Assembly (NCBI GenBank): GCA_026004595.1
Contig: BPJL01000008.1
Location: 13,383-77,382, forward strand
Source: Patescibacteria group bacterium
GTDB lineage: Bacteria > Patescibacteriota > WWE3 > UBA101185 > UBA10185
DNA: 64,000 nt
Direction: 5' to 3'
Of the stretch, positions 19,918 through 30,274 are shown piece after piece. How positions within the stretch are numbered: the first letter of the stretch is position 1; each line of letters begins with the position of its first letter. A program made the translations under genes and the position numbers. Under the pieces are notes generated by a model that had not been told where the DNA came from, made no database searches, and saw nothing but the letters and a program-made list of their open reading frames with translations.

Positions 19918-19962
19918 GTTTAAAAAGATTATATTTTTCTGAATATCAATCGAGCGTGTCAC

Positions 19963-21719
19963 GTTAAACCCTTTGTCAACTTCGTTTTTAAAAAATCTAT
20001 GTCTAGTGATAAACTTTGATCAAAAAACGTCAAAAACATGATTTTTTATCCCATTAATTCCCGTTGAGAAAAGCATGTTTTCATGGCCACTAGATGGTAT
20101 ATACTGCTTGTTTTTTACAAAGTGTTATAAGAAACTAAGATAAAAAACACACGGGATGATTCTGGTGATAATTGGTCTTTGAGAAACATTTGATAGCTTT
20201 AAACCCTTAAACAAAACTTGTATCAAGATTCTTCGAGGCATGTTTCGTTAAAACTCTTTCTAAAACAGTCTTTTAAAACATTTGTTGTCAGTGATAAAAC
20301 TTGATGAAAAAACGTTAAAAACATGCTTTTTTATCCCAGTTTATCCCGTTATAAAAAGCATGTTTTTATGGCCACTAGATGGTATATACTACTCGTTTTT
20401 TACAGATCTTTTTTAAAAAATAAGACATAAAACAACCCGTGATATAGTCGGTGATAATTGTTACGCAAAAAATGCTTGTTGAGATTTAAACCCTTAAACA
20501 AAACTTGTATCAAGTGATTCTCCTTATCTTACGTTAAACACTTTCTTAAAAAGTCTTTTTAAAAAATCTATGTCTAGTGATAAACTTTGATCAAAAAACG
20601 TTAAAAACATACTTTTTTATCCCAGTTTATCCCGTTATAAAAAGCATGTTTTTATGGCCACTAGATGGTATATACTGCTTGTTTTTTACAAAGTGTTATA
20701 AGAAACTAAGATAAAAAACACACGGGATGATTCTGGTGATAATTGGTCTTCAAGACACGCTTAATAGGCTTTAAACCCTTAAACAAACTTTGATCAAGTG
20801 ATTTATCTGAGCATCACACGATAAACCCTTTCTAAAAAAAGCTTTTAAATAATCTGTTATCAATGATAAAACTTTGATCAAAAAACGTTAAAAACATACC
20901 TTTTTATCCCAGTTTATCCCGTTATAAAAAGCATGTTTTTATGGCCACTAGATGGTATATACTACTCGTTTTTTACAGATCTTTTTTAAAAAATAAGACA
21001 TAAAACAACCCGTGATATAGTCGGGTTTAATTGATTCGCAGGATACGCTCATTGGGCTTTAAACACTTAAACAAACTGATTCTTCTAGGCACGTTTAGAT
21101 AAACACTTTCTTAAACAGTCTTTTGAAAAAAACCTGTCCGTGATAAAACTTGATTAAAAAACGCCAATTTATCCCGCTGTATCCCGTTGTAAAAAGCATG
21201 ATTTTATAGCCACTAGATGATATATACTACTCGTTTTCACGCAAGTGTTACAGACCTTTTAAAAAAAATAAGATATAAAACTCACGTGATATAGTTGGGC
21301 TTAATTAGTATGCTATAAACGTTTAGTACACGTTTAGTTGGCTTTAAACACTCAAACGAGTTTTTATCAAGTGTCTCACCGAGGAATGTTTTGATAAACA
21401 CTTTCTTAACGATTTCTTAAACAGTCTTTTAAATTTTTTTCGAACGGGATAAACTTTGATCAAAAAACACCAAAAACATGCTTTTTTATCCCTGTTTATC
21501 CCGTTGTAAAAAGTATAATTTTATAGCCACGTATATACACTCACAAAAAATAAGATATAAATCACACTGGATATAGTCGTTGATAATTGGTCTTTGAGAC
21601 ACGCTTAGTGAGCTTTAAACATATTTCTATAAGACTTTGCTTCGTCAACATGTGTTATATAGATGCTTGACTGTATCACCTAGCATATTTCGATAACAAA
21701 AAAATATATTCAGACTAAA
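19963..21719. repeat. Non-coding tandem array 1: about 6 copies of a ~285-295 bp unit, resembling the MITE-like repeats of pithoviruses.
   Basis: The core tttttatcccRtttatcccgttRtaaaaagcatgtttttatggccactagatggtatatact recurs near 20087, 20371, 20668, 20951, 21218 and 21525. The last copy is degenerate. No long ORF is present. Confidence 0.85.
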
Positions 21720-22457
21720 ATGGCAATTAGAATCAAACTACCAGAAGATTCTTCTTACTATTTTTCTGGAAAGAATATAACTCGGGATATCGCTGACTAT
21801 GACACGTCTGAGGTAATAAACATGGAGGGGATATTCTCTGGAGCTACTTTCGTGGAACCAATCGATCTTTCTTCTTGGGATGTATCGAATGTGATAAACA
21901 TGAGTAAGGCCTTTATTTTTACAAGAGGGTATTCTCCAGACATATCAGATTGGGACGTATCAAACGTGAGAGACATGAGCCATATGTTCCACGATTCAAC
22001 ATTTAACGGTGATATTTCTTATTGGGATACATCAAACGTAAGAAATATGAGTTATATGTTCTATAACTCAATATTCAATAGAGACATATCACGATGGGAT
22101 GTATCTAATGTAACAGACATGAGTTATATGTTCTATAACTCAATATTCAATAGAGACATATCACGATGGGATGTATCTAATGTGACAAACATGAGTTATA
22201 TGTTCTATAAATCAAGATTTAAAGGTGATATTTCACGTTGGGACACATCGAACGTGAGAGAAATGGAATATATGTTTTTTCACACAAGGGATGCATCCAG
22301 TTGTGATACACTATTAGATGAAATAGCTGATGAACCAAGCCCAATTATTTGTTGGAGAGATATTAGTGAAACATCTGATGATGAACCAATCCCGATCAAA
22401 CGTTCAAGAGAATATGATCCTAGCTATCACAGTCCTTACAAATTTAAAAGGCTATGA
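21720..22457 (+). CDS. DUF285-type tandem-repeat protein.
   Basis: The N-terminus MAIRIKLPEDSSYYF is family-conserved. Repeats of DISRWDVSNVTDMSYMF follow. Confidence 0.7.
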   Translation: MAIRIKLPEDSSYYFSGKNITRDIADYDTSEVINMEGIFSGATFVEPIDLSSWDVSNVINMSKAFIFTRGYSPDISDWDVSNVRDMSHMFHDSTFNGDISYWDTSNVRNMSYMFYNSIFNRDISRWDVSNVTDMSYMFYNSIFNRDISRWDVSNVTNMSYMFYKSRFKGDISRWDTSNVREMEYMFFHTRDASSCDTLLDEIADEPSPIICWRDISETSDDEPIPIKRSREYDPSYHSPYKFKRL

Positions 22458-23870
22458 ACACTTTCTGATACACTTTTTGACTGCAAACCCTTTAACTGTT
22501 TCTGTTATCACTTCACCGTTGCATAGAACACAGGTTAACAACGAGCCACACGGTGGATTACACTTAGTTGGATCTATTCCAGTTATAAAACCGTGATCAG
22601 TATCCGTTATAGACCGTTTGTTAACACACAGATATTCTATTTTAGATGTGATTCTAGGATAATAAATACAGTTTTTACTAGCGGCTGTGGTTATAAGAGT
22701 GGTAAGTGGTACAAGTCTACTAGGAGGTGTTTGTATGTTTGGACAGTTACTTGTTTTTAAGTTTAAGATGTATTTATCACACATCAGTTTAACGTTTCCG
22801 TACAGATTGTTCAGTGATAACAAAGTACTGGTTAACTCGTCAATCGTTACACCGGTTTCACAACTTGAGGTTGATTCTCCATTAAAAACTATATTTTTAA
22901 ACTTTAAATATGAGTCGGACACGTGAGGAGAAGTACCGGATAGATAGAAAAAACCCTTACCATCTTCAACGGTTACCATTTCAATGAAATGTCTTCCATC
23001 GGTTAATTCGTGATAGGGAACATCTTCAGTAACTGTTCCAGAAGCATCTAACAGCAACCTTGAATCAACTTCACACATGACTTTAACCTCTACCTTTTTG
23101 GTTCCTATTAAACTTTTCACACTCGGTGAGGTGTTAACTTTAAACTTGCTGATTTCATCAGGCGAAGAAAGTTCCAAGAGTAGATCTGTTTGCGAACCAG
23201 CTGATCTGTACACTCGTAATAATATATCCTTTATTTTTAGCGTTTCATCATATGATACAAAAAACATAACCACATAATCTTCAGGGGTTACACTGATAAG
23301 AATAATTGTGACAAGACCATCAAGCCTTCTGACAATTACATCGCTAAAGTCATGGTTCTTTGTGGAAATAGTGATTTCACCAGGTATCGTTATTTGGAAA
23401 TCGATATCTGGTATATCACCCTTATCCTTACACAAATCACCATTATCTACTAACGTGATGCTTATATATAAGCTTTTAAACACCACTTCAACCGTTGAAG
23501 GTGGATTATTTAAAGTTTGTAAAAAGTTAACACGATTGTTGTTTTTGTCAGTGAGTGTTATCGCTGTTACAAATCTCTTCACCTTTTCGATCGTGGATGC
23601 TGTTTCGATTGGTGTTATCTTTTTCCAACTGTTTTCTACTGTGTCACAGTGAATGCTAAACAGGTCTTCTTCTGATTTTATTGTTGGCCTAAGAAAACAG
23701 TTTCCTTTTTCATCAACTTCACTGCATGGTATGTCTGTTGCTGGTATGTCTGCTATGTCTTCTGTTGGTCTGTTTGTTACTGGTATCCCGCAAGTTAAGC
23801 ATACTTTTATTATACAAAGTGCTATTATGATTATCATGTTTTTTATATAAACTTTATATTTTTTCTCCAT
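22452..23870 (-). CDS. Secreted or membrane cysteine-rich protein, function unknown.
   Basis: It has an N-terminal signal peptide, MIIIIALCIIKVCLTCG, and a Cys-rich C-terminus. Confidence 0.45.
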   Translation of the reverse strand: MEKKYKVYIKNMIIIIALCIIKVCLTCGIPVTNRPTEDIADIPATDIPCSEVDEKGNCFLRPTIKSEEDLFSIHCDTVENSWKKITPIETASTIEKVKRFVTAITLTDKNNNRVNFLQTLNNPPSTVEVVFKSLYISITLVDNGDLCKDKGDIPDIDFQITIPGEITISTKNHDFSDVIVRRLDGLVTIILISVTPEDYVVMFFVSYDETLKIKDILLRVYRSAGSQTDLLLELSSPDEISKFKVNTSPSVKSLIGTKKVEVKVMCEVDSRLLLDASGTVTEDVPYHELTDGRHFIEMVTVEDGKGFFYLSGTSPHVSDSYLKFKNIVFNGESTSSCETGVTIDELTSTLLSLNNLYGNVKLMCDKYILNLKTSNCPNIQTPPSRLVPLTTLITTAASKNCIYYPRITSKIEYLCVNKRSITDTDHGFITGIDPTKCNPPCGSLLTCVLCNGEVITETVKGFAVKKCIRKCS

Positions 23871-24663
23871 TTAATATTTCACTTAGTCTTAGACCTTTGA
23901 TTTCTCTTGGTACACCCCACAACTCAGGGTCTTTGAATTCTTCCAGTGGAAAGTCTTTGCTTATTGCTCTAAAGAAAAGACTCCAGTAAGTTATTTCAAG
24001 TCCGTTGCAGATCTTCAACAGGTTTGAGAAGTAGCCACTAACCTGATCAAGTGCTCTTATGAAGATTTTCTTTTCCGTGTTTAACCTTTTTATCAGGTCT
24101 ATGTTTTCTTGGGTTATTTTAGTTCTGTCTAACGCCATTTCAATGTGTAAGTCATTAGCCTTGTTTTGTAGTCCATAAACAATCTCTTCTATGATCTTTG
24201 CCAGCTTTGTCATCTCAAACGAACAGGTTGATGTGTACGATGAAAGTTTCTCTATTTTCTCCATCGAGTGCTGAAGCTCCTTAAGTACTATCCTTGAGTA
24301 TGCGTCAGAAGTACGGTTAGAGCAGCAAGTATCCTTCGCCAGTGGAAAGATACCTAGGTAAATCACTCGTTTTTCGTCTTTATTTGTTAAAACTGTTACC
24401 CTTTCATTGACATTTATGATGTAAATTTTTGATAACATGTCGACGACGATGCCATCGACATAGTTTCTAACCTCTCTCATCACGTTTATCAGCTTGAACA
24501 CCTCTTCCTTACACTCATTTTTAACGAACTTTAAAGCCTTTTTTCTTAGATCTTCGTTTTTCAAGGCATCCTTCTCTATAAAAACTGGATCACCGTAGTC
24601 ATTGTAAGTTTTGATGTAAAGTTTACCACTTGATTCTATAACTTTAACTATCTCGTTATTCAT
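23854..24663 (-). CDS. Hypothetical protein.
   Basis: A 269-aa ATG ORF. Confidence 0.4.
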   Translation of the reverse strand: MNNEIVKVIESSGKLYIKTYNDYGDPVFIEKDALKNEDLRKKALKFVKNECKEEVFKLINVMREVRNYVDGIVVDMLSKIYIINVNERVTVLTNKDEKRVIYLGIFPLAKDTCCSNRTSDAYSRIVLKELQHSMEKIEKLSSYTSTCSFEMTKLAKIIEEIVYGLQNKANDLHIEMALDRTKITQENIDLIKRLNTEKKIFIRALDQVSGYFSNLLKICNGLEITYWSLFFRAISKDFPLEEFKDPELWGVPREIKGLRLSEILNGEKI

Positions 24664-24692
24664 TTCGACTTAAACAAAAACTCTAAGAAAAA

Positions 24693-25145
24693 TCATTTGA
24701 CCTTTGGTACTGGAAGCTTATCAGTATCAAGCAGTTTCTCTGGTATTGTTATGTCAGCGATAGGTTTAAAGGGTACTATTTTTGGAGACTGAGTTTTTTT
24801 TGTGCTTTTCTTTTTTATACACTCTTTGCATCTTAGTTCTTCTTTGCTTTTTGCCTCTTCAGTGTTAACCGCCGGAAGGCAGCAGTAGTAACCCTTAAAC
24901 TGTCCCCTTTTCGGCTGGTAAGCACAGACTCCACTCTCCTTTTCGTATTCCTCCTCACTTCTCCACCTACCGTTTGCTGGCTGTGATCTCTTTTTACTTA
25001 TCGACGACTTTAAGATGGTCTTTATCTCCTCCGCGCTTTTTCCCCTTATCTTCTCTTGATTGCTGCTATCAGAGAGAAACTCTGCTATACTGTCAACCAT
25101 GTCATTAAAGAACGCTAAGCATCTGTTGTAAAAAGCTGTCTCCAT
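24693..25145 (-). CDS. Hypothetical Lys-rich protein.
   Basis: A 150-aa ATG ORF. Confidence 0.4.
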   Translation of the reverse strand: METAFYNRCLAFFNDMVDSIAEFLSDSSNQEKIRGKSAEEIKTILKSSISKKRSQPANGRWRSEEEYEKESGVCAYQPKRGQFKGYYCCLPAVNTEEAKSKEELRCKECIKKKSTKKTQSPKIVPFKPIADITIPEKLLDTDKLPVPKVK

Positions 25146-25174
25146 ATTTGCTTTATGATCATTTTACAGTGGTT

Positions 25175-25438
25175 TCAATCATCTATGTATATGGGAACAT
25201 CGTCTGAAAAAATCTTGCTAAGAAGATCCTCTGTTTTATCATCATACTTGACTCCTAGAAAGTGCTTGTTAAACAGCATACTTTTAATGTTTTCCCTTTG
25301 ATCAGATGGAAACAGATCACTTTTCTTGACTAACTCTTCTTCTATTTTTTCCAATAGAATTTTTTTACAGGTTGTTAAGGGTTCAAGTCCGGGATAAGGC
25401 TTTTCTCCAAGGGTAAAACCTTTTGGTAATTCGCTCAT
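25175..25438 (-). CDS. Hypothetical small protein.
   Basis: The track ORF starts at a TTG at 25471. I took the first ATG (MSELPKG). Confidence 0.3.
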   Translation of the reverse strand: MSELPKGFTLGEKPYPGLEPLTTCKKILLEKIEEELVKKSDLFPSDQRENIKSMLFNKHFLGVKYDDKTEDLLSKIFSDDVPIYIDD

Positions 25439-25461
25439 TTTTTTAAATGTTAACTTAAAAG

Positions 25462-25689
25462 ATGACTTCAAACATGTATTATGTCCTTTTAACTGTACTT
25501 TTGATAATGATCTTCAGTGTTCTAATCGCTGACACCATATACTTCTTTATGCTAAAGCAGGATGATAACACAGTTAGTCAATCAGAACTAAAAAACATGT
25601 TCGTCTTTAATCTTCTATTGACAGTTATCGCTGGGGCTACTATAGTTTTTGTTATGGTAACAGCAACATCTAAATGTAAATTTAATTAA
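25462..25689 (+). CDS. Small two-transmembrane-helix membrane protein.
   Basis: A 75-aa protein with two hydrophobic helices. Confidence 0.3.
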   Translation: MTSNMYYVLLTVLLIMIFSVLIADTIYFFMLKQDDNTVSQSELKNMFVFNLLLTVIAGATIVFVMVTATSKCKFN

Positions 25690-25700
25690 CTAAACTGAAA

Positions 25701-26207
25701 ATGAGAACTCTGTGCTTCTTTACTCACGAAAGGTGTCCTTACTGTAAACATCTTAAGCAAAGATTAGACAGTGATAAAGAATTCGTAAAGAAACTGATGG
25801 TTTTTGACCGTCTTATCAACATACATTTCACTGATCTAAGTGAAAGGAAAGCCTTTTTAAGGGACTTTAACAGTTCCGAGAAAAGAGAGATAACAGTAGA
25901 CCAGGACTTCTTCAGAAAGTATGTTAAGTTCTTTCCATCAGTTGCAATTTTTGACGGAAAGGTGATGGGTGATCACAACGAGATCACTTCTGCTGTAATT
26001 GACGGCTATGACCTGGAAAACGACACGAAAACCAGTTCCACAAGGGACCCTGTAACATTTGCTCGTAGCTACGTGGGAAAACCACTTAAACCCCTGTCGT
26101 CCATAGACATCAAGGTGCCACCCGGTGTGCTTTCTGAAGCAAAAGAAACCGTTTCCGATGAAATACTAAAACAGGACCTTATAACAATCTTTGAAAAGAC
26201 TAAATAG
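25701..26207 (+). CDS. Thioredoxin-fold protein with a glutaredoxin-type CPYC motif.
   Basis: The N-terminus reads FFTHERCPYCKHLK. Confidence 0.5.
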   Translation: MRTLCFFTHERCPYCKHLKQRLDSDKEFVKKLMVFDRLINIHFTDLSERKAFLRDFNSSEKREITVDQDFFRKYVKFFPSVAIFDGKVMGDHNEITSAVIDGYDLENDTKTSSTRDPVTFARSYVGKPLKPLSSIDIKVPPGVLSEAKETVSDEILKQDLITIFEKTK

Positions 26208-26222
26208 AAACGTCTTTATAAA

Positions 26223-27710
26223 ATGGAATCAGTGATAAGAAAATACACAGATGAAAAACCAGTAGTTGTAAACGGGCTAGAGACCGTAGAAGATGATTCG
26301 GTTGTAATCGTGCAACCCGGAAATAATAACTCACTCGAGGCCATTTTAGAAAACTATAGCAATGCGTCTATGGTTTTTGTTATCGGCGACAAAATGGACA
26401 TAACAGAAGTTGATGGGTGGACTATTAAGGAGGAAAAATACAGAACAGGCAGGGGATACAAAAAGATCATAGTCTGTTTAAGAGAAACGGTTTCTTTAAA
26501 GGAAATCGCTTCTGAATCAAGCAAGCTAATTCACTCTAGCCACAAGGTTCCCAACAAGTTTGCTGAAATAGTAAAGGGTATAAAGTTAAGCTCATATGAA
26601 GATACAAAGAGCAACAAAAAAAAGAACCGCTTTGAGTCCTTCGTCGAGTCCATCCCCCAGGAAATAAAGGTTGAAAAAGAAAACAGAGTCGCCTGGGTAA
26701 AGGCTTTAAGAAAACATCTTTCTTCACTGTTAAAACCGATAACAGACGATGTTTCAAGTCTACTTGACGGCGAAAAGACAAGAGTCTGGATGCAAGCCTT
26801 TATACACAGCAGCTATGATCCAGAGTTTAACTATGAAAGACTCGAAACACTAGGTGATAGCATATTAAAGTACGTTTTTAGAAAGTATCTGTTTCAAAGG
26901 TTTCCAAAGATAAGCTCTGCTCAAATAACAAATTTTGACACCTATTATATGTCAAAAAACTATCAAGCATCAATCTCAAATAAACTTAAACTTAACCTTT
27001 TTCTTTTAACAAAAGATGATATAAACTCAATGTCTATTTCTGAGGACCTTTTCGAGTCTTTTATCGGAGCGCTTGATGTTGTAGGAGACATGATAGATTT
27101 TGGCTTCGGTTCGGTTCTTGTGTTTAAGTTTATTCGTTTTATATTTGATGACGTAGAGTTCAATGACAAGCGAACTGTAAACCCTAAAACATTTATAACA
27201 CAGACTGCTTCTAGGCTTTGGGGAGTTGATTCGATAGCAAAAGTAATTGGCAAAAGGGATGACAGGTACGTGTGCCGTTTTAATTTTAATGAAGACGTCA
27301 ATCAGTTCTTTGACTCGCTTAAAATAAAGCTCCCCGTGATTGAAGGCGAAGGTTCAACTGAAAAGGGTGCTACAGTCGCAGCTTACCAAAACTTTTACAA
27401 CTTTCTCCTCAGAAAGGGTATCACAAAAGACGTTGTTGACAAGATTAAAGCTAGAATGGACCTGCTTTCGTTGAAAGAGAGCAACAGTGAACTTGTTGAA
27501 AAAGCGATAAAGAAGTCACTAAGCCTGTACCGTTCAGCTGACATAAGGTTTATAAACAATCATTCTACTAATAGTTTAAGAAGCAGAATGATTGAAATGG
27601 TTGTTGTAAAGCCAAGTGGAAATATTGTCCTTATTGACTCGGTTAACGAAGAAAGAAATGTTACTAGAGAAACAATGTGTATTAACCTTTTATCAAAGTT
27701 TGTTTCTTAA
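26223..27710 (+). CDS. Ribonuclease III with a ~190-aa N-terminal extension.
   Basis: The RNase III signature ERLETLGDSILKY is present together with downstream acidic residues. The start context is TATAAAATG. Confidence 0.8.
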   Translation: MESVIRKYTDEKPVVVNGLETVEDDSVVIVQPGNNNSLEAILENYSNASMVFVIGDKMDITEVDGWTIKEEKYRTGRGYKKIIVCLRETVSLKEIASESSKLIHSSHKVPNKFAEIVKGIKLSSYEDTKSNKKKNRFESFVESIPQEIKVEKENRVAWVKALRKHLSSLLKPITDDVSSLLDGEKTRVWMQAFIHSSYDPEFNYERLETLGDSILKYVFRKYLFQRFPKISSAQITNFDTYYMSKNYQASISNKLKLNLFLLTKDDINSMSISEDLFESFIGALDVVGDMIDFGFGSVLVFKFIRFIFDDVEFNDKRTVNPKTFITQTASRLWGVDSIAKVIGKRDDRYVCRFNFNEDVNQFFDSLKIKLPVIEGEGSTEKGATVAAYQNFYNFLLRKGITKDVVDKIKARMDLLSLKESNSELVEKAIKKSLSLYRSADIRFINNHSTNSLRSRMIEMVVVKPSGNIVLIDSVNEERNVTRETMCINLLSKFVS

Positions 27711-28642
27711 TCATCAAAACTCTCACTGAGAAACTGTTTTAGACTGACGTTATCGTCCTCTTTTCTTCTAAAGCCGCTTTCAAAATATTCTATCTCTCTT
27801 TTTAATCTTTCGTAAACCTCTTTGTTCTCCTTGTATTTATTTAGGGTTTCTGTCTGAAGAGAACGTGTACCAATTGGTGTTATCGAAGTTACAACAGCTG
27901 ATATAACGTCATACTGCATAACAACTTTTCCTCCTCCAATGTACAACTGCTTAAAAACAACGATTGGTATATACTCAAAACTTGCACTCTCAAGTATTTC
28001 CCATGGTATCGTCTTAAACGGTTCTCCTGTTTTGTCTTCTACTGGTGCTTTAAATACACACTCTCTTCTTTTTGGTGTTCCAGGTTCTCCAAAGCACCTT
28101 AAAGGCATATACTTAGATGGGTTGCTTCCCTTTATCACTTCACTTGTGTTTGGATCCCTTGGATAATAGATAGGAAATGCAAACATTCCAGGCATTGCTT
28201 CTTTCGATGGTAGTTTTTTGACTGATGGGATCTGTGATCTAAGTTCCCAGAGTCTGTTAACAAACCAGTCATACAAACTTGTCCAAAAACTGTTTTTGTC
28301 TAATGAGCAAAGCTTTGCACAGTCCTCATTAGACATATCGAAAATGGTAAAGACGTGAGCTGTTTCACCATTTCCATACATGCTTTTTCTTCTTATTATG
28401 CCCGACGGAGCACGAAGCTTTGGAAGCTCTACTGCCAAAGGGGCTACAACTTTTACCTTTTCTCCACGTACTTCTTTATCATACTCATATTTTATCGGCA
28501 GAATCTGGTACTGAACGGAGTCAATTATTTTGCTGGGATTGTTTGGATCCTGTCTTGCTTTGGAAGTTCTTGTTTCTGGTTCCGTTTTTACCATACGTTT
28601 TATGTCAAACTTATCCCAAGTTATAAACTCACTGATTTCCAT
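27707..28642 (-). CDS. Hypothetical protein.
   Basis: A 311-aa ORF in a tightly packed minus-strand block. Confidence 0.45.
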   Translation of the reverse strand: MEISEFITWDKFDIKRMVKTEPETRTSKARQDPNNPSKIIDSVQYQILPIKYEYDKEVRGEKVKVVAPLAVELPKLRAPSGIIRRKSMYGNGETAHVFTIFDMSNEDCAKLCSLDKNSFWTSLYDWFVNRLWELRSQIPSVKKLPSKEAMPGMFAFPIYYPRDPNTSEVIKGSNPSKYMPLRCFGEPGTPKRRECVFKAPVEDKTGEPFKTIPWEILESASFEYIPIVVFKQLYIGGGKVVMQYDVISAVVTSITPIGTRSLQTETLNKYKENKEVYERLKREIEYFESGFRRKEDDNVSLKQFLSESFDD

Positions 28643-29497
28643 TTAGATAAATCTAACACCATTTAAACAATCAATTTGAGTCAAAGATGTTAACAGCCTC
28701 TTGTTTACTGGTATTTCTCTAATGAACCTTCGCAAATAGTACTCAACAAGCTGTTCACTGTCAATAATAAAAAGGCCATCTTCTCCTGTTTTGAATTTAA
28801 TATCAACGTTGTTAACGAAAACGTTGTCCATTATCTCCCTTACTCTTTCGGTAACGGTAAAACAGCTACTGATGTTTAACTGCATCTTCGCCTTAGCCCA
28901 ATAAATACTGGCTTTTTTTTCCAAAACCAACTGTGTTATCTTGTACACTGATTGTTTGCCGATAAAGAAACCGTGATTACACCCGTAAATCGATGCCAGA
29001 AAAACGTATTCTATTATTGGTATCATTTCAACGGCATAATCAAACAGGTTATCGATGAGATCATGTCTTACTAGACCCTTAAGGGCGACTGCTGCAATAA
29101 TTGGAATAAAATTTTCTGGGCAATCATAGTTTTTCACGATGTGGTTGATTCTATTGTTAAAAATCTTTGGTGTTTTAACAACTTCGCCGTTGATAAGCTG
29201 AAGTATTATAATCAGTATCGTTCTTTCCTCGTCTGTTTTCTCTAAAAGACTAAAGTAGGGTATTAAACCCTCTGGTATTTCGTACAGTTTACCGGCTTCA
29301 AAAAGAGCTACTGCCTTTAAAAGAGCTTCTCTACTGTTTTTCTTTAAAAGTTGAAAGTGGTTTTCCATCTCATCTGTCCTTGTGAACTCATACAGTTCAA
29401 AAATTAGGTTAACTGTATCTGAAATCACCTCGTCAAGTGTCACAAACTCTTTCTTTTTAGTGTTTATCGGAAAGAGTGCGTCTCTGATAAACTCCAT
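28643..29497 (-). CDS. Hypothetical protein.
   Basis: A 284-aa ORF that abuts its neighbour with no gap. Confidence 0.45.
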   Translation of the reverse strand: MEFIRDALFPINTKKKEFVTLDEVISDTVNLIFELYEFTRTDEMENHFQLLKKNSREALLKAVALFEAGKLYEIPEGLIPYFSLLEKTDEERTILIIILQLINGEVVKTPKIFNNRINHIVKNYDCPENFIPIIAAVALKGLVRHDLIDNLFDYAVEMIPIIEYVFLASIYGCNHGFFIGKQSVYKITQLVLEKKASIYWAKAKMQLNISSCFTVTERVREIMDNVFVNNVDIKFKTGEDGLFIIDSEQLVEYYLRRFIREIPVNKRLLTSLTQIDCLNGVRFI

Positions 29498-29499
29498 TT

Positions 29500-30240
29500 T
29501 TATTGGCGTGAAAAAATGTCCTTTACTTCGTCGTCTTGCATAACACCCGTTATGGTTCCAATTATGTCGTCTGGGTTTTTAATGTTCTTTATCACCTTCG
29601 AGACTATCTTACCAATGTTTTCTATCATCTTGTCGTCTATCGTAGAGGAGATCATCCTTTCGACTTCGTTTGGATCAACGTTCTCCTCTATGCCCGCCGA
29701 TTTGATCACTGATGAAATTATTTTTCCAAGTCCAGAAAAACCACTCCCAACACTCGAACCTTCGCTCACCAACAAATCATTTGGTAAAATCTCTTTGATG
29801 CTTTTAACATTGTTTTCTAACTTCTTTTTATTTTCCTCATCAGTGGCAACAAAAGTCATGATGGAATAGAGATGATAAAGTATCTGTGCTGGATATGAAC
29901 CGTTTTTCTCGTCTCGTTTAGTTAGTTCAATCGCCGTGTTGTAAACAGTCGACAAGGGAAAGCACTTGTCCTCGTAAAGCAGTCTATGTCTACCACTCTT
30001 AAGCCACGCGTCCTTCACTCGGATTGTGTCGTCATTTTCACTGAAGATTTCGTCAACAAGGTTATCGGTGTTGTTAAGGTAAAACTCTTGGAATGACTTC
30101 TTCAGCACCGAATAGTCATCGTGTACAGAGGCCTGTAACGCGGTTATCTCAGTTAACCATTCAGCCTCTTCCTTGTTAATTTTATCATGAATGTTCTTAC
30201 TAATCTCGATAAGAGCTTTTATATGTTTCTCAAAGTCCAT
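29500..30240 (-). CDS. Hypothetical protein.
   Basis: A 246-aa ORF. Confidence 0.45.
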   Translation of the reverse strand: MDFEKHIKALIEISKNIHDKINKEEAEWLTEITALQASVHDDYSVLKKSFQEFYLNNTDNLVDEIFSENDDTIRVKDAWLKSGRHRLLYEDKCFPLSTVYNTAIELTKRDEKNGSYPAQILYHLYSIMTFVATDEENKKKLENNVKSIKEILPNDLLVSEGSSVGSGFSGLGKIISSVIKSAGIEENVDPNEVERMISSTIDDKMIENIGKIVSKVIKNIKNPDDIIGTITGVMQDDEVKDIFSRQ

Positions 30241-30274
30241 TTAGAAGTTTATTTATATGTAAATCAAAATCAAA

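Noticed and set aside
19918-19962. A GTG-initiated N-terminal extension of the DUF285 ORF, with the track start at 19962.
   Set aside because: The track allows GTG/TTG starts. The family-conserved N-terminus M.KIKLP begins at the ATG at 19917.
19963-21719. Possible CRISPR array, because the repeats are regularly spaced.
   Set aside because: The period is ~290 bp with no alternation of short repeats and unique spacers. The whole unit is repeated, and there are no cas genes. It is a tandem satellite/MITE array.
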